Below are positions 33,772 through 44,467 of a stretch of DNA of 64,000 nucleotides, in pieces; position 1 is the stretch's first letter; each line of letters begins with the position of its first letter. The translations under genes and the position numbers were made by a program. This DNA is from a virus: IMG/VR virus record IMGVR_UViG_3300002091_000022. The stretch is one strand, 5' to 3'. The notes beneath the pieces were generated by a model. The model did no database searches. It was not told where the DNA came from and was given only the letters and a program-made list of their open reading frames with translations.

Positions 33772-36297
33772 TTACTTTTTTGGTTTTTCTGGTTTTTCAG
33801 ATTTAACGATAATCTCAGATTTGTCAGTATCGAATGTTATCTTAATTGTTTCACCTTCATTGATGTTACTACTAAGAATCTCATCTGCAATCTGGTCTTC
33901 GACATATCGTTGAATAGTTCTAGCTAACGGTCTTGCCCCATAGTTTTCGTCATATCCTTCTTTTGCGAGGAATTCAACAGCATTGGTATCTATTTCTAAC
34001 TTATAACCGATTTCAACAAGTCTTTTTCTTACTTGGTCCACTTCATTATAGATAATTTTATTAATATCATCTTTAGTTAGACTGTTAAAAATTATTGACT
34101 CATCAATACGATTTAAGAATTCTGGTTTAAATTTCTTCTTTAATGCTTTTTCAATAATTGAATGATTTCTAGCCTCTTCATTAGCGATAGTTGATGGTGT
34201 TTCAAATCCAATTGACTTACCAAATTGATTTAATTCTTTAACACCAATGTTAGATGTCATAATAATTAAAGCATTTTTAAAGTTAATCTTCCTACCAAGT
34301 CCATCGGTTATTACACCTTCATCGAATATCTGCAACATTATGTTGAAAATATCTTCATGGGCTTTTTCGATTTCATCTAAAAGAACTACACAGTGTGGTT
34401 TACGTCTTACTTTTTCGGTAAGTTGACCACCTTGGTCGTAACCGACATAACCTGGCGGTGCACCAATCAATCTCGAAACCGTATGCTTTTCCATAAATTC
34501 ACTCATATCTACTTTGATAAGAGCATCACCATCTCCGTAAACATGTTCAGCTAAAAGTTTTGCTAGATAAGTTTTACCAACACCAGTTGGTCCTAGGAAG
34601 ATAAATACGCCGACTGGTTTATTCTTATCTTTAATACCTATGCGGTTACGCTTTATAGCCTTAACAACCTTATTTACCGCAACATCCTGACCAATCACCT
34701 TACCGCATAATTCTTCACCTAATTTAAGGAGTTTTTTACTTTCTTGGGTTGATATTTTAGTTAAAGGAATACCTGTCATCATAGATACAACTTCTGAGAT
34801 TTGTTCAACCCCAACGATTGTTTCTTTCTTTTCAAGCTTAGTGGCCCACTCTTTGCGAGCGGTGGTAAGTTGTTCAAGAATTTTATTTTCTTCATCACGA
34901 AGTTTTGCAGCGTCTTCAAACTTTTGTTTGATAACAACTTCTTTTTTCTTTTCAATTATCTTATTTAGTTTTTCTTCTAAATCAAGAACTCCTTTTGGTT
35001 TATCTAAACTTACATTAGTTGAGGCACCAGCTTCATCAAGAACATCAATTGCTTTATCAGGCATAGAACGTTCCATGATATATCTATCAGATAATTTAAC
35101 ACATTCTTCGATAGCTTCATCTGTATAAATTACCTTATGGTGTTTTTCATACTTGCCCTTAATATTCATTAAGATGATTTTTGTTTCCTCGATTGTTGGT
35201 TCTTCAACCAATACTTGTTGGAACCTTCTAGTTAGAGCACCGTCTTTTTCAATATGTTCACGATATTCATCAAGTGTTGTTGCACCAATGATTTGAATTT
35301 CACCTCTAGCTAAAGCTGGTTTAAAAATATTTGACGCATCTAACGCTCCAGAAGCGTTACCAGCACCAACGATTGTATGAAGTTCATCAATAAACAAAAT
35401 GATGTCAGGATTTGCTTGACATTCAGCAAGTACGGCTTTCATTCGTTCTTCAAATTGGCCACGATATTTAGTACCAGCGACTAAAGAAGCTAATTCAAGT
35501 GAATAGATTCTTTTATTAGCTATGGTTCTAGGTGCATTACCTTCTTTGATAAGAATGGCTAAACCTTCAACGATTGAAGTCTTTCCGACACCAGGTTCAC
35601 CAATGATAACTGGGTTGTTTTTCTTCCTACGAGATAGTATCTGTGAAATCCTTTTAATTTCATTCTTTCTACCAACCACTGGGTCAACAGTACCTTTGTC
35701 AACAGCTTTACTTATGTCACGACAAAAGTTATCCAATACAGGAGTTTTACTAATTTCGCCTTTTTTCTTCTTGTTTTTAAATCGGTCTGGGTCGCCTTGA
35801 AAGTCATCTTGCACATCGTCATCATCTAAGATTCCGTTAATCGGTCCTTTTTTCTTTTTTATAATCATTTCTTTAAAATTTTTATGTGTTACGTTAAATT
35901 GAGCTAGAATTTTTGTTAATGGTGAATTAAATGCTAAAATCGCCAACATTATATGTTCAGTATTAATCTTATCATCGTTTAATCCTTCACATTCTTTTTC
36001 ACTTAATGCAAGTACATCTTTTGTTTCTTCGGAGAACACAGGTTCTTTTGATTCAACGTATAATATCTTATTTGACAAATCGTTATTTCTTAAAAATTCA
36101 GAAATTCTATCATAACATGTCATTAAATCGAACTTAAATGTTATAAGAATGTCCACACAATTATTTTTACCATCAATTAATAAGGCCAATACAATATGTT
36201 CGGGTCTAATTCTATTATCACCATACATTTTAGATTCCTTATTTGCATCCTTTATTATCAACTTAACTTTCTCGTGGATGTCTTTATTCATTAACAA
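33772..36297 (-). CDS. clpC: ClpC-type AAA+ unfoldase
   Basis: Clp-N repeats; GEPGVGKT and GPTGVGKT; UVR motif FEDAAKLRDEE; GARPL. Confidence 0.93.
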   Translation of the reverse strand: MLMNKDIHEKVKLIIKDANKESKMYGDNRIRPEHIVLALLIDGKNNCVDILITFKFDLMTCYDRISEFLRNNDLSNKILYVESKEPVFSEETKDVLALSEKECEGLNDDKINTEHIMLAILAFNSPLTKILAQFNVTHKNFKEMIIKKKKGPINGILDDDDVQDDFQGDPDRFKNKKKKGEISKTPVLDNFCRDISKAVDKGTVDPVVGRKNEIKRISQILSRRKKNNPVIIGEPGVGKTSIVEGLAILIKEGNAPRTIANKRIYSLELASLVAGTKYRGQFEERMKAVLAECQANPDIILFIDELHTIVGAGNASGALDASNIFKPALARGEIQIIGATTLDEYREHIEKDGALTRRFQQVLVEEPTIEETKIILMNIKGKYEKHHKVIYTDEAIEECVKLSDRYIMERSMPDKAIDVLDEAGASTNVSLDKPKGVLDLEEKLNKIIEKKKEVVIKQKFEDAAKLRDEENKILEQLTTARKEWATKLEKKETIVGVEQISEVVSMMTGIPLTKISTQESKKLLKLGEELCGKVIGQDVAVNKVVKAIKRNRIGIKDKNKPVGVFIFLGPTGVGKTYLAKLLAEHVYGDGDALIKVDMSEFMEKHTVSRLIGAPPGYVGYDQGGQLTEKVRRKPHCVVLLDEIEKAHEDIFNIMLQIFDEGVITDGLGRKINFKNALIIMTSNIGVKELNQFGKSIGFETPSTIANEEARNHSIIEKALKKKFKPEFLNRIDESIIFNSLTKDDINKIIYNEVDQVRKRLVEIGYKLEIDTNAVEFLAKEGYDENYGARPLARTIQRYVEDQIADEILSSNINEGETIKITFDTDKSEIIVKSEKPEKPKK

Positions 36298-36406
36298 TCA
36301 ATTTATGCAAATATACACCAATAGTTTTTAAATGTCAACTTAAGTTTAGAAAAAAAATTAATTGGTAGTAATCAAAATTAATTCGTAGATTTGCAAAAAA
36401 TGATAG

Positions 36407-36868
36407 ATGCTTTTAAAAAGAATTGAAAAAGATGGGGTTATAAAGGCGATATATGAATCCAGTAATATTGTTGCTTCAGTATATAATACAAATACTAATG
36501 AGATGAACCTTATATTTAAGGCTGGTACAAAATATAAGTATAAAGACGTTTCTAGGGCCGATTATTTACGATTTGAGTTAGCGGATAGTCAAGGTACTAT
36601 ATTTAACACCCATTTTAAAAAATATTTGCATGAGAAGATGGGTAATGTTGATATAACTAAGATATTAGAAGAATCAACATCTATCAAGAAGCAAGAATAC
36701 GATGCAGCATTAGCTGTTAAGAAGGAGAAACTTACCAAGACTCTTAAAGGTACCGTATTGTTAATTGATGGCGGCAAACCATTTGTTCAAACGCTTGAGG
36801 TTTTAAAGAAGGATATTGACGATTTTATTAACAAATTAAATGAAATAGAAAAAGATGAAGTACAGTAA
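36407..36868 (+). CDS. KTSC-domain protein
   Basis: ESSNI..YN....L.FKAGTKYKY.DV....F..A.SQG..FN. Confidence 0.78.
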   Translation: MLLKRIEKDGVIKAIYESSNIVASVYNTNTNEMNLIFKAGTKYKYKDVSRADYLRFELADSQGTIFNTHFKKYLHEKMGNVDITKILEESTSIKKQEYDAALAVKKEKLTKTLKGTVLLIDGGKPFVQTLEVLKKDIDDFINKLNEIEKDEVQ

Positions 36869-37076
36869 TTTATTTGGGTTTATTTTTTGGTTTAACCCAC
36901 ACCAAGATTTATGGTATGCCATTGACAGGGATACCCAGTTAGAGTTTTTTAATGGCAATCGTGAGAAATCAACGTATTACGCCTCTAAAGAAATAAACAC
37001 ATTGATTGAAATGTGTAGTGATAAAGATACTCTTGAGAGAGTATTACGTGAAACAAGCACTGATACTAATGGATAG
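36855..37076 (+). CDS. hypothetical protein
   Basis: Coupled 73-aa ORF. Confidence 0.65.
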   Translation: MKYSNLFGFIFWFNPHQDLWYAIDRDTQLEFFNGNREKSTYYASKEINTLIEMCSDKDTLERVLRETSTDTNG

Positions 37077-38214
37077 TTTAGATAAACAATATACCAATTT
37101 ACTTCAAGATATTCTTGATAATGGTACAGTAAAAAAAGATAGGACTGGCACTGGTACAATATCTGTGTTTGGTCGTACTATTCGCCATAAGATGTCTGAT
37201 GGCTTCCCTTTAATTACAACTAAGAAGATGTATTTTAAAGGTATCGTAACTGAGTTATTATGGTTCCTTAAAGGTGATACTAATATACGTTATTTAATAG
37301 ATAATAATTGTCATATTTGGGATGGCGATGCTTATAAGAGGTATTATTACGATAAAGAAACATTTGGGCCATTAACTCAAGAACAGTTTATTGAGGCTAT
37401 AAAAACTGACGTTGAATTCGCTAAGAAGTGGGGTAATTTAGGCCCAATCTATGGTAAACAATGGAGAAGTTGGGATGATTACTATAATGGTACTGCTGAA
37501 AGGATTGACCAAATTGCTAATTTGATTAACGATTTAAAAACTAATCCAGATTCTCGTAGGCTTATGGTTAACGCTTGGAATGTTGCTGAGTTACCACATA
37601 TGACGCTCCCACCATGTCACTATGGTTTTCAATGTTATACTAGAGAATTAACATGGGCAGAACAAGTAGAATGGGTGTTTAAAAATACAGATGTCGAAAT
37701 GGAAAATTTGTATATTGTTGAAGAGATTGCAAAACCAACAACTCCAAAGCGAGCAATTTCATTAATTTGGAATCAGCGTTCGGTAGATACGCCGCTTGGT
37801 CTTCCATTTAACATTGCATCTTATGGACTTCTATTGGAAATTCTTGCTAAAATAGTTAATATGGTACCAGATGAGTTGATTGGTAATCTAGGTGACACGC
37901 ACATTTATCTTAATCAGGTGGATGGCGTTAAAGAACAGATTGGCCGTGACTATACATATGATGAACGTTTTAATATTCTAGCTGAGAGAAACGGTCCATT
38001 AGGATTAAATCATGACAGAATTGAGGAAGAAGTATTATCTTCAACGCCAGCAAGGACTCGTGAACCATTTCGATTACCTAAATTGGTTATTGGTAAGACT
38101 GATGCATTTTGGAAAGTTTTTGACGTAAGTTTATTTGGTCATTTAGACCCTCATGATTTCAGAATCGCTAATTACCAATCGCACTCGAAGATTGATTACC
38201 CTTTATCAAACTAA
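37069..38214 (+). CDS. thyA: thymidylate synthase
   Basis: DRTGTGT; ELLWFLKG; LGPIYGKQWR; MTLPPCH; QRSVD; GLPFNIASY; GDTHIY; start corrected. Confidence 0.95.
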   Translation: MDSLDKQYTNLLQDILDNGTVKKDRTGTGTISVFGRTIRHKMSDGFPLITTKKMYFKGIVTELLWFLKGDTNIRYLIDNNCHIWDGDAYKRYYYDKETFGPLTQEQFIEAIKTDVEFAKKWGNLGPIYGKQWRSWDDYYNGTAERIDQIANLINDLKTNPDSRRLMVNAWNVAELPHMTLPPCHYGFQCYTRELTWAEQVEWVFKNTDVEMENLYIVEEIAKPTTPKRAISLIWNQRSVDTPLGLPFNIASYGLLLEILAKIVNMVPDELIGNLGDTHIYLNQVDGVKEQIGRDYTYDERFNILAERNGPLGLNHDRIEEEVLSSTPARTREPFRLPKLVIGKTDAFWKVFDVSLFGHLDPHDFRIANYQSHSKIDYPLSN

Positions 38215-38277
38215 AGTTAAAAAATAAGTCCTCCAACTGGTTTCATTGATATTTATAAAAGTAAATAGTAAAGAACC

Positions 38278-38664
38278 ATGTACGAGAATTTAGTTAACAA
38301 GTTTAATGATTATGTAGCTGAAAGGTTGTCTGTCATTTTATCAATGATGACAACCTTTTACATAGTTACCTTATTGGTAATTATACCCTTATTTTATTCA
38401 GCTCCAACTAGTATTGTTGCGTGGGCCAGTTATTTATGTTCGGTTGTATTTCAAGGTATTGCATTACCAGTATTAGGTTATACCGCTAGAAAATCAGCTA
38501 ATAAGTCGGATAAATTAATGGATGAAATTTATAAATTAACCGATGAAATTTATAGATTAACAAATGAGATTGACGAATTAGTTAAGGTTATTAAAAACGA
38601 AGAAACTGAAATCAATAACGAAGTTAAGGAACTACTCGATATTGAGAAACATAATATTAAATAA
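38278..38664 (+). CDS. two-TM membrane protein with coiled-coil tail (DUF1003-like or holin candidate)
   Basis: Two hydrophobic segments then heptad repeats; ATATTTAT at 38249. Confidence 0.6.
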   Translation: MYENLVNKFNDYVAERLSVILSMMTTFYIVTLLVIIPLFYSAPTSIVAWASYLCSVVFQGIALPVLGYTARKSANKSDKLMDEIYKLTDEIYRLTNEIDELVKVIKNEETEINNEVKELLDIEKHNIK

Positions 38665-38675
38665 ACTTAATCAAC

Positions 38676-39371
38676 ATGGACAAATTATTAACTATTGTTA
38701 TACCATGTAAGAATGAAGGAAGCAGATTAATTAAGACACTTAAATTAATTGAAAAGCAAGGAATAGATGCTGACATCATAATTGCCGATTCCTCAACAGA
38801 TTTTACTATTAGTGAGTTAATCAATTACAAGAATAACTCAACACAATCAATCAGAATTGTTGGTGGTGGTTTACCAGCTATCGCAAGAAATAATGGTGCT
38901 AAATATGTTAAGACTCCCTATATTTTATTTATGGATGCTGACATATTTCTACGTGATTATACAACAATAAGTAAATGTTTAGATACAATACAATCTAAAG
39001 ATTTAGATTTAGTTACATGCAAGTTTCATACGGTTGAAAAACATTATGATAGAATGTATCGAATCTTTGATATTATACAGTGGATTTCATCAATTACTAA
39101 ACCATTTGCTGTCGGTGGGTTTATGTTATTCAAGACTGATAGGTTTAATGAATTAGGCGGCTTCAATCCTGATGATAAAATTTCTGAGGATTACCATTTA
39201 AGTTCAAGAGTATTACCAAAGAAATTTAAGATTATTAATGTTTACGCTTATACCTCAGCTAGAAGATTTATTATGAAAGGTCCTTGGTATATGGTAAAAT
39301 TAGCTTGGTATTCTTGGTTAAACAGGAATAACAACGATTGGTTTAAAAACGACTACGGTTATTGGAAATGA
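38676..39371 (+). CDS. glycosyltransferase family 2
   Basis: TIVIPCKNE; IIADSSTD; ARNNGA; FMDAD; EDY. Confidence 0.92.
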   Translation: MDKLLTIVIPCKNEGSRLIKTLKLIEKQGIDADIIIADSSTDFTISELINYKNNSTQSIRIVGGGLPAIARNNGAKYVKTPYILFMDADIFLRDYTTISKCLDTIQSKDLDLVTCKFHTVEKHYDRMYRIFDIIQWISSITKPFAVGGFMLFKTDRFNELGGFNPDDKISEDYHLSSRVLPKKFKIINVYAYTSARRFIMKGPWYMVKLAWYSWLNRNNNDWFKNDYGYWK

Positions 39372-40111
39372 AATATAAAGCAATTATTGTATCTGACTTA
39401 CACTTGGGTACTAAAGACTCAAAAGCGAAGGAATTCATTGATTTCCTTGATACACACCCAACTGATTTATTAATACTTAACGGTGATATTATTGATGGCT
39501 GGGCGTTGAGCCGTGGTTCCAAATGGAGAAAGCAACATACTAAAGTAATTGCTAAATTAATGAAATTATCCCTCAAGACTAGGATTATCTATTTAAGAGG
39601 TAACCATGATGAATTTTTAAAAGAATTTAAGGGTATTGCGTTAGGTAAGATTGAGATAAAAGAAGATTATAAATTAGAGCTTTACGAGTTAAAGGATAAT
39701 AAATACATACCTAAACATTATTATATTTTTCATGGCGATGTCATTGATGTCTTTATAACAAAATATAAATGGTTGGCTAAGCTTGGTTCTATCGGATATG
39801 ATTTTGCTTTATGGGTTAATAGAGTTTATAACCGATACAGAGCATTTAGGGGGTTACCATATCAATCAATTTCACAAGAAATAAAAGCTAAAGTAAAGGG
39901 CGCAACAAATTACATTAACGATTTTGAGACCACAGCTATAAAATTAGCTAAACAAAACGATTGTTTCGGTGTGATATGTGGTCACATACATCAACCAGCA
40001 AATATATACATGTCTAGCGGCCATTATTTAAACAGTGGTGACTGGGTAGAAAACCGTACAGCTATTCTATTAGACTCCGACAACAACTTTACACTCTTCA
40101 CTTTAAATTAA
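39368..40111 (+). CDS. LpxH-like metallophosphoesterase (UDP-2,3-diacylglucosamine diphosphatase family)
   Basis: SDLHLG; NGDIIDGW; RGNHD; HGD; GHIHQP; NSGDWVEN. Confidence 0.85.
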   Translation: MKYKAIIVSDLHLGTKDSKAKEFIDFLDTHPTDLLILNGDIIDGWALSRGSKWRKQHTKVIAKLMKLSLKTRIIYLRGNHDEFLKEFKGIALGKIEIKEDYKLELYELKDNKYIPKHYYIFHGDVIDVFITKYKWLAKLGSIGYDFALWVNRVYNRYRAFRGLPYQSISQEIKAKVKGATNYINDFETTAIKLAKQNDCFGVICGHIHQPANIYMSSGHYLNSGDWVENRTAILLDSDNNFTLFTLN

Positions 40112-40198
40112 TTTTGTAAAAAACCCACAAAATTACATAAAAAACTTGACTTTTCCAAATTTTTTCGTATATTTGCATTATAAAAATTACAGAAAAAA

Positions 40199-40930
40199 AT
40201 GAGAGTAGAAGGAGCAAACCGAAACGAAAATTTGACCAAAATCCCAGAAGCAGCAGTTAATGTTGTGGTTGGTGACAGTCAATCTAAACCAACAATTCAC
40301 AACGTATTCATTGTAGACGCATCAGGTAGTATGAGCGGAGGAAAATACAATAATGCAATGATTGGCCTTAATGAATTGCGTAATAGTATTAAGAAGGATA
40401 CTAATACTAACAACACACTTACAATTGTTGAATTTGAAGACACTAACATCCAGACTAGACTTGATTTCGTCACAACAATTCCAGACCATTATGATGGTAT
40501 GGGTACTGGTGGTATGACACCATTAAATCAAGCTGTTGGTGAAACACTTGAAAGAACGTTTAAAAAGCGTAAAGATTCTTTTAACGAAGAAGATAAAGTC
40601 TTGGTTTCAATCTTTACAGATGGTGGTGAAAACTCATCTAGGGGTAAATACGCAAATGATAGCCAAGGTAGAGCAACAGTCTTAGCATCCTTTATTAAGG
40701 AACTTGAAGCTAAAGGATTTACAATTACATTTATCGGTACAAAAGAAGAAGTTAATTACGCTATTAACACGCTTAATATGAAAGCGTCAAATACTCTTGT
40801 ACATAACAATACCTCAGCAGACGTTGCAAGGTCATTTAGTAGAACTGTTACAGCTAGAGAAAGTTACTCTAAGTCAGTATCATTAGGTGAAGTTGTAACT
40901 GAAAACTTCTACACAAAATCAGTTGATTAA
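40199..40930 (+). CDS. VWA-domain protein
   Basis: MIDAS motif DASGSM; GMTPL; IFTDGGEN. Confidence 0.85.
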   Translation: MRVEGANRNENLTKIPEAAVNVVVGDSQSKPTIHNVFIVDASGSMSGGKYNNAMIGLNELRNSIKKDTNTNNTLTIVEFEDTNIQTRLDFVTTIPDHYDGMGTGGMTPLNQAVGETLERTFKKRKDSFNEEDKVLVSIFTDGGENSSRGKYANDSQGRATVLASFIKELEAKGFTITFIGTKEEVNYAINTLNMKASNTLVHNNTSADVARSFSRTVTARESYSKSVSLGEVVTENFYTKSVD

Positions 40931-40957
40931 TAACAAATATTATATACGTAAAAAAAA

Positions 40958-41653
40958 ATGGAAACACAAAAAAAACCCCTTAACATCGCAGACATTAAAG
41001 CTGGAGATGTATTTAGTGAAGAAAGTCACTACGTTTATGTTGGACCTAAGAATCAAGGCCATCAATTTAAACACTTAGAATCAAATAATTTAATTACGCT
41101 TGATGCGAAGTACGTTACTGATTTACTTAAAACCGCTGACCAATTTGAAGAAGTAATTGAAGTTGGCGTTGAAGATAAGGCTTGGACTCAAAAACAGATT
41201 GATGAAGCTAAAAAGAAAGGTACTCTTGAGGTTGATTCTCAAATTAGAGAAGGTGACCTTAAATTAAAAGGTATTAGAAGCGTGTGGTCTGACATTCACA
41301 CAACTGAAGTATTCTCAGTATGCTTCAATAAGAAAGGTAAGGCTCTTACAAAAAAGGCTTATAACGCATTAATTGATAAACAAATTCAAGATGCATTAGC
41401 TGAAACTGGTACTGGTAAAGTAACTCTTGAAGATGCGTTCAGAAAAGTTATTAATAACCCAATCAATCAAGTAGAGGCTCCAGTTGAAAGAGTTCTTAGA
41501 GGTTACAAAATTCAATTCTCTTCAGTTAGTGGATTCTATGATGTAATTGATATGGATATTGAAGATGACGGTAAAGGCTCTAATATTAGAAAAGTGAATA
41601 TCACTGAAATCAAATGGTTAGTTGTAGGCGGTATTAAGTACATTGTTGAATAA
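40958..41653 (+). CDS. hypothetical protein
   Basis: 231-aa ORF followed by terminator 41683-41708. Confidence 0.75.
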   Translation: METQKKPLNIADIKAGDVFSEESHYVYVGPKNQGHQFKHLESNNLITLDAKYVTDLLKTADQFEEVIEVGVEDKAWTQKQIDEAKKKGTLEVDSQIREGDLKLKGIRSVWSDIHTTEVFSVCFNKKGKALTKKAYNALIDKQIQDALAETGTGKVTLEDAFRKVINNPINQVEAPVERVLRGYKIQFSSVSGFYDVIDMDIEDDGKGSNIRKVNITEIKWLVVGGIKYIVE

Positions 41654-41738
41654 ATGTATTAGCCAAACATAAAGAAATAAATAAAAGCACCTTTTTAGGT
41701 GCTTTTTTATTTTCACTAATATTTATAATAAAAACATT

Positions 41739-41984
41739 ATGCCATTATTAAACGATATACACTCAATTATTGTTCCAGTAGCTCAAGCTAATTTTACAGC
41801 ACATACATATACTGAATTATACGCTGGTGACAATGATGTTGTTATGATTAACGGGCAAGGTCCAATAATCATAGGTAACGGTTCATCACTTAAAATTAAG
41901 ATTAATAGTATTAGTGGTGGAACAAAATGTTCCTTATTAGGTGAAAAAATAAATAATAGAACGGATAACCCGATATTAATGTAA
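41739..41984 (+). CDS. hypothetical late protein
   Basis: ATATTTAT at 41719. Confidence 0.7.
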   Translation: MPLLNDIHSIIVPVAQANFTAHTYTELYAGDNDVVMINGQGPIIIGNGSSLKIKINSISGGTKCSLLGEKINNRTDNPILM

Positions 41985-42015
41985 TAATATAGATATTTAT
42001 ATTAAAATAGAAACT

Positions 42016-42855
42016 ATGAACAAAATAACTCCAGTTGGCCTTAAGGGTAGGGAAATTAACGAACGTATGAAAGAATTGATGGGGATTACTCCTATCAATG
42101 AGAATAAGAGAACTTCAGTAGTTGAATTAACTAAGAAGGGACCAGATGGTAAGGTTTACGGTATCGTTAGAGAAAACCACGAATATTATATTAAGGTCAC
42201 TAATAAAACTAGTGATATAGTAACAGAAGATTTTTCGTATATCGGCGGTTTAAAAAATATTAAGCAAGAAGCGTATGGTTCATATGCTAAAGCTCTTAAA
42301 CACTTAAATCTTAAATTTAATAGCCTTAATGAGGCTTATGGTGTATCTGAAAACATTAATGTTTTTGAAGATGACCGTTTATTAAAAGAAGATATTGCTA
42401 ATTTCTATACACCACAAGGTAACGGATTTTCAAATGAAGGTAACATGGATGGCCATGAAACTAGTGAATGTTGCCAAGCTCCAGTAATGGAAGGTTTATG
42501 TACTCAGTGTGGTAGTCCTTCAATGCCAAGTGGTATGGATTCACAAAATAGTCAAATGGATATATACAATCCAATTACAGCTGCGCATAATGAATATCAA
42601 TCACCACATGATAGAATGTTTAATAGTGACGAATTTGCTCAAGCACAACAAAATGCTGATGGTGGTGGGTTGGATGAATTGGATGAATTCAATCAAGCTG
42701 TTCAAGATATGATGGAAGAAGATTCAATACCTAAACCTAAACCAATTAGTCTTTTACCAATGCATGAAAACAAATTATCTATCGCTAGGTCAATCAATAT
42801 TATGGATGACGTTATTGATTCATTAGGTAAAAAAAAAATCCTGAAAGCAAAATAA
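42016..42855 (+). CDS. head-associated hypothetical protein (N-part; ends after A10)
   Basis: ATATTTAT at 41993; ends KKKILKAK*. Confidence 0.78.
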   Translation: MNKITPVGLKGREINERMKELMGITPINENKRTSVVELTKKGPDGKVYGIVRENHEYYIKVTNKTSDIVTEDFSYIGGLKNIKQEAYGSYAKALKHLNLKFNSLNEAYGVSENINVFEDDRLLKEDIANFYTPQGNGFSNEGNMDGHETSECCQAPVMEGLCTQCGSPSMPSGMDSQNSQMDIYNPITAAHNEYQSPHDRMFNSDEFAQAQQNADGGGLDELDEFNQAVQDMMEEDSIPKPKPISLLPMHENKLSIARSINIMDDVIDSLGKKKILKAK

Positions 42856-44045
42856 ACGAAACAAAATATAAGTTGAAGTTGGGTAGCGGTAAAGCTACCC
42901 CAACTCCAGCTGCTGAACCTGAATTGCCACCTGCTGACGATTTAGGTAGCGAACCTGAACAATCCCCTGTTCAGCCACCAGTAGAACCTGAAGCTGGGCC
43001 AGCTGAAAATCCTTTGGAAAAGCAACCATTCGATGCTGGCGTTGATGCGGACGAAGACTCCGACCCAAAAAAATATATTGAAAAACTTACTGGTAAACTA
43101 GGCCAATCACTTAGAACTTACAATCAAAATCAAGGTCAACCAGATTTTGAATTGGAAAAGTTTGCTGTTAATTCATTGTTATCCGCTACACATACTGGTG
43201 AAATGGATGAACAGGACCAAAATGACATTATTAAAAAAGTTAAAGGTTCTGGCGGTGAAGATAATGAGGAAAACGATAATAGCAATCCAAATAATGATGA
43301 TGCTCCAATAACTAGTCCATCAACTGGCGGTAATGCTGGTGAAGGTACCAGTGGTGGAGCTGACGGAGCTATTGGCGGTACTAGCGGTGGTGGTGCTGGT
43401 GGTATGTTTGAAACTGAGGATTTGTTTTTACACAATCCTAAAAAAAATAATATGTTCCAAGAAGGTTCTAATGATATATTAGATGAAATGAAACCATGTT
43501 GGAAAGGGTATAAACAAGAAGGTATGAAAGAAAAAGACGGAAGAAAGGTTCCAAATTGCATTCCAGTTAAAGAATCAAAGAATAACTTGATTAATTCGAA
43601 AAATAGTGGTATATTTGTAGATATAATTAAAAGAAAATTAACTGAGATGACAGAAACACAACCATTGGTAAAACCACAAGTATCACCAACAAAACCAAAA
43701 GAGCAACCAGTAAAGAAACCAAGTAGAAGAGATGCTCCATTCTTACCTGATGTTACTCCTAGTGTTCAACCAGCACCAAAGGCTATTAAAGAAGGAAGGA
43801 AAGATTATGAAGTATATCATAAGACTTTAGCTGCTACATTAGATGAAATAAGAAAATACGTTATTGCTAGAGGATTTGACCCAATTGAATTCGGTACTTT
43901 CGATGTTGAACATGTAGGATATGGTACAACAAGAAGAATTGATAAGGAATTATCTAAAAATGGTATTCCTTTGAAGAATAAACATATTAACGCTCAAGTT
44001 TATAGAATGGATAGCGGTACATATGAATTAAACATGTATATGTAA
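42831..44045 (+). CDS. Pro/Glu/Gly-rich hypothetical protein, -1 frame open from the A10 run
   Basis: No ATG start (track used TTG 42873); frame open back to TAA at 42828-42830. Confidence 0.72.
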   Translation, partial: KKNPESKINETKYKLKLGSGKATPTPAAEPELPPADDLGSEPEQSPVQPPVEPEAGPAENPLEKQPFDAGVDADEDSDPKKYIEKLTGKLGQSLRTYNQNQGQPDFELEKFAVNSLLSATHTGEMDEQDQNDIIKKVKGSGGEDNEENDNSNPNNDDAPITSPSTGGNAGEGTSGGADGAIGGTSGGGAGGMFETEDLFLHNPKKNNMFQEGSNDILDEMKPCWKGYKQEGMKEKDGRKVPNCIPVKESKNNLINSKNSGIFVDIIKRKLTEMTETQPLVKPQVSPTKPKEQPVKKPSRRDAPFLPDVTPSVQPAPKAIKEGRKDYEVYHKTLAATLDEIRKYVIARGFDPIEFGTFDVEHVGYGTTRRIDKELSKNGIPLKNKHINAQVYRMDSGTYELNMYM

Positions 44046-44047
44046 TA

Positions 44048-44467
44048 ATGAAAAAGTTATTCTTAATATATGTTAATCACGTAGGTAAAGATTATAAGGG
44101 TAATCATATCTATGAATTTATCTTTTCCGATACTATTAAGGATATTGATGGTGACGAATGGGATACATTTCCAGCATCTGGTAGGCCAGAGCCGCCTCAT
44201 GACATTTATATAAAACATGTTGGTAAATTAGAATCTGAGTTAGTATTAGATGTAGTACAAAACAGTGATACATTTGCAGTATGGGATGCGGTTGATGGTG
44301 TGATAGCGTTAGCATGGGAAAATATTAACGCTTACGATTCTTATCCAGATTATCGTTTATGTTTTAAATTCGGTGAAACTATTGAAGATGTTGAAGCGAA
44401 ACTTTATGAAAAAGACCTAATATTGGAAAGTAATACAAAGAAAAATGAAAAACAAAAACAAAGTTAA
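44048..44467 (+). CDS. hypothetical protein
   Basis: Coupled ORF in the late operon. Confidence 0.8.
   Translation: MKKLFLIYVNHVGKDYKGNHIYEFIFSDTIKDIDGDEWDTFPASGRPEPPHDIYIKHVGKLESELVLDVVQNSDTFAVWDAVDGVIALAWENINAYDSYPDYRLCFKFGETIEDVEAKLYEKDLILESNTKKNEKQKQS

Noticed and set aside
37600-37780. Intein or intron in thymidylate synthase (extra segment after PPCH)
   Set aside because: The insertion is short and in frame with no Cys/Ser...His-Asn splicing motifs; it looks like a loop insertion.
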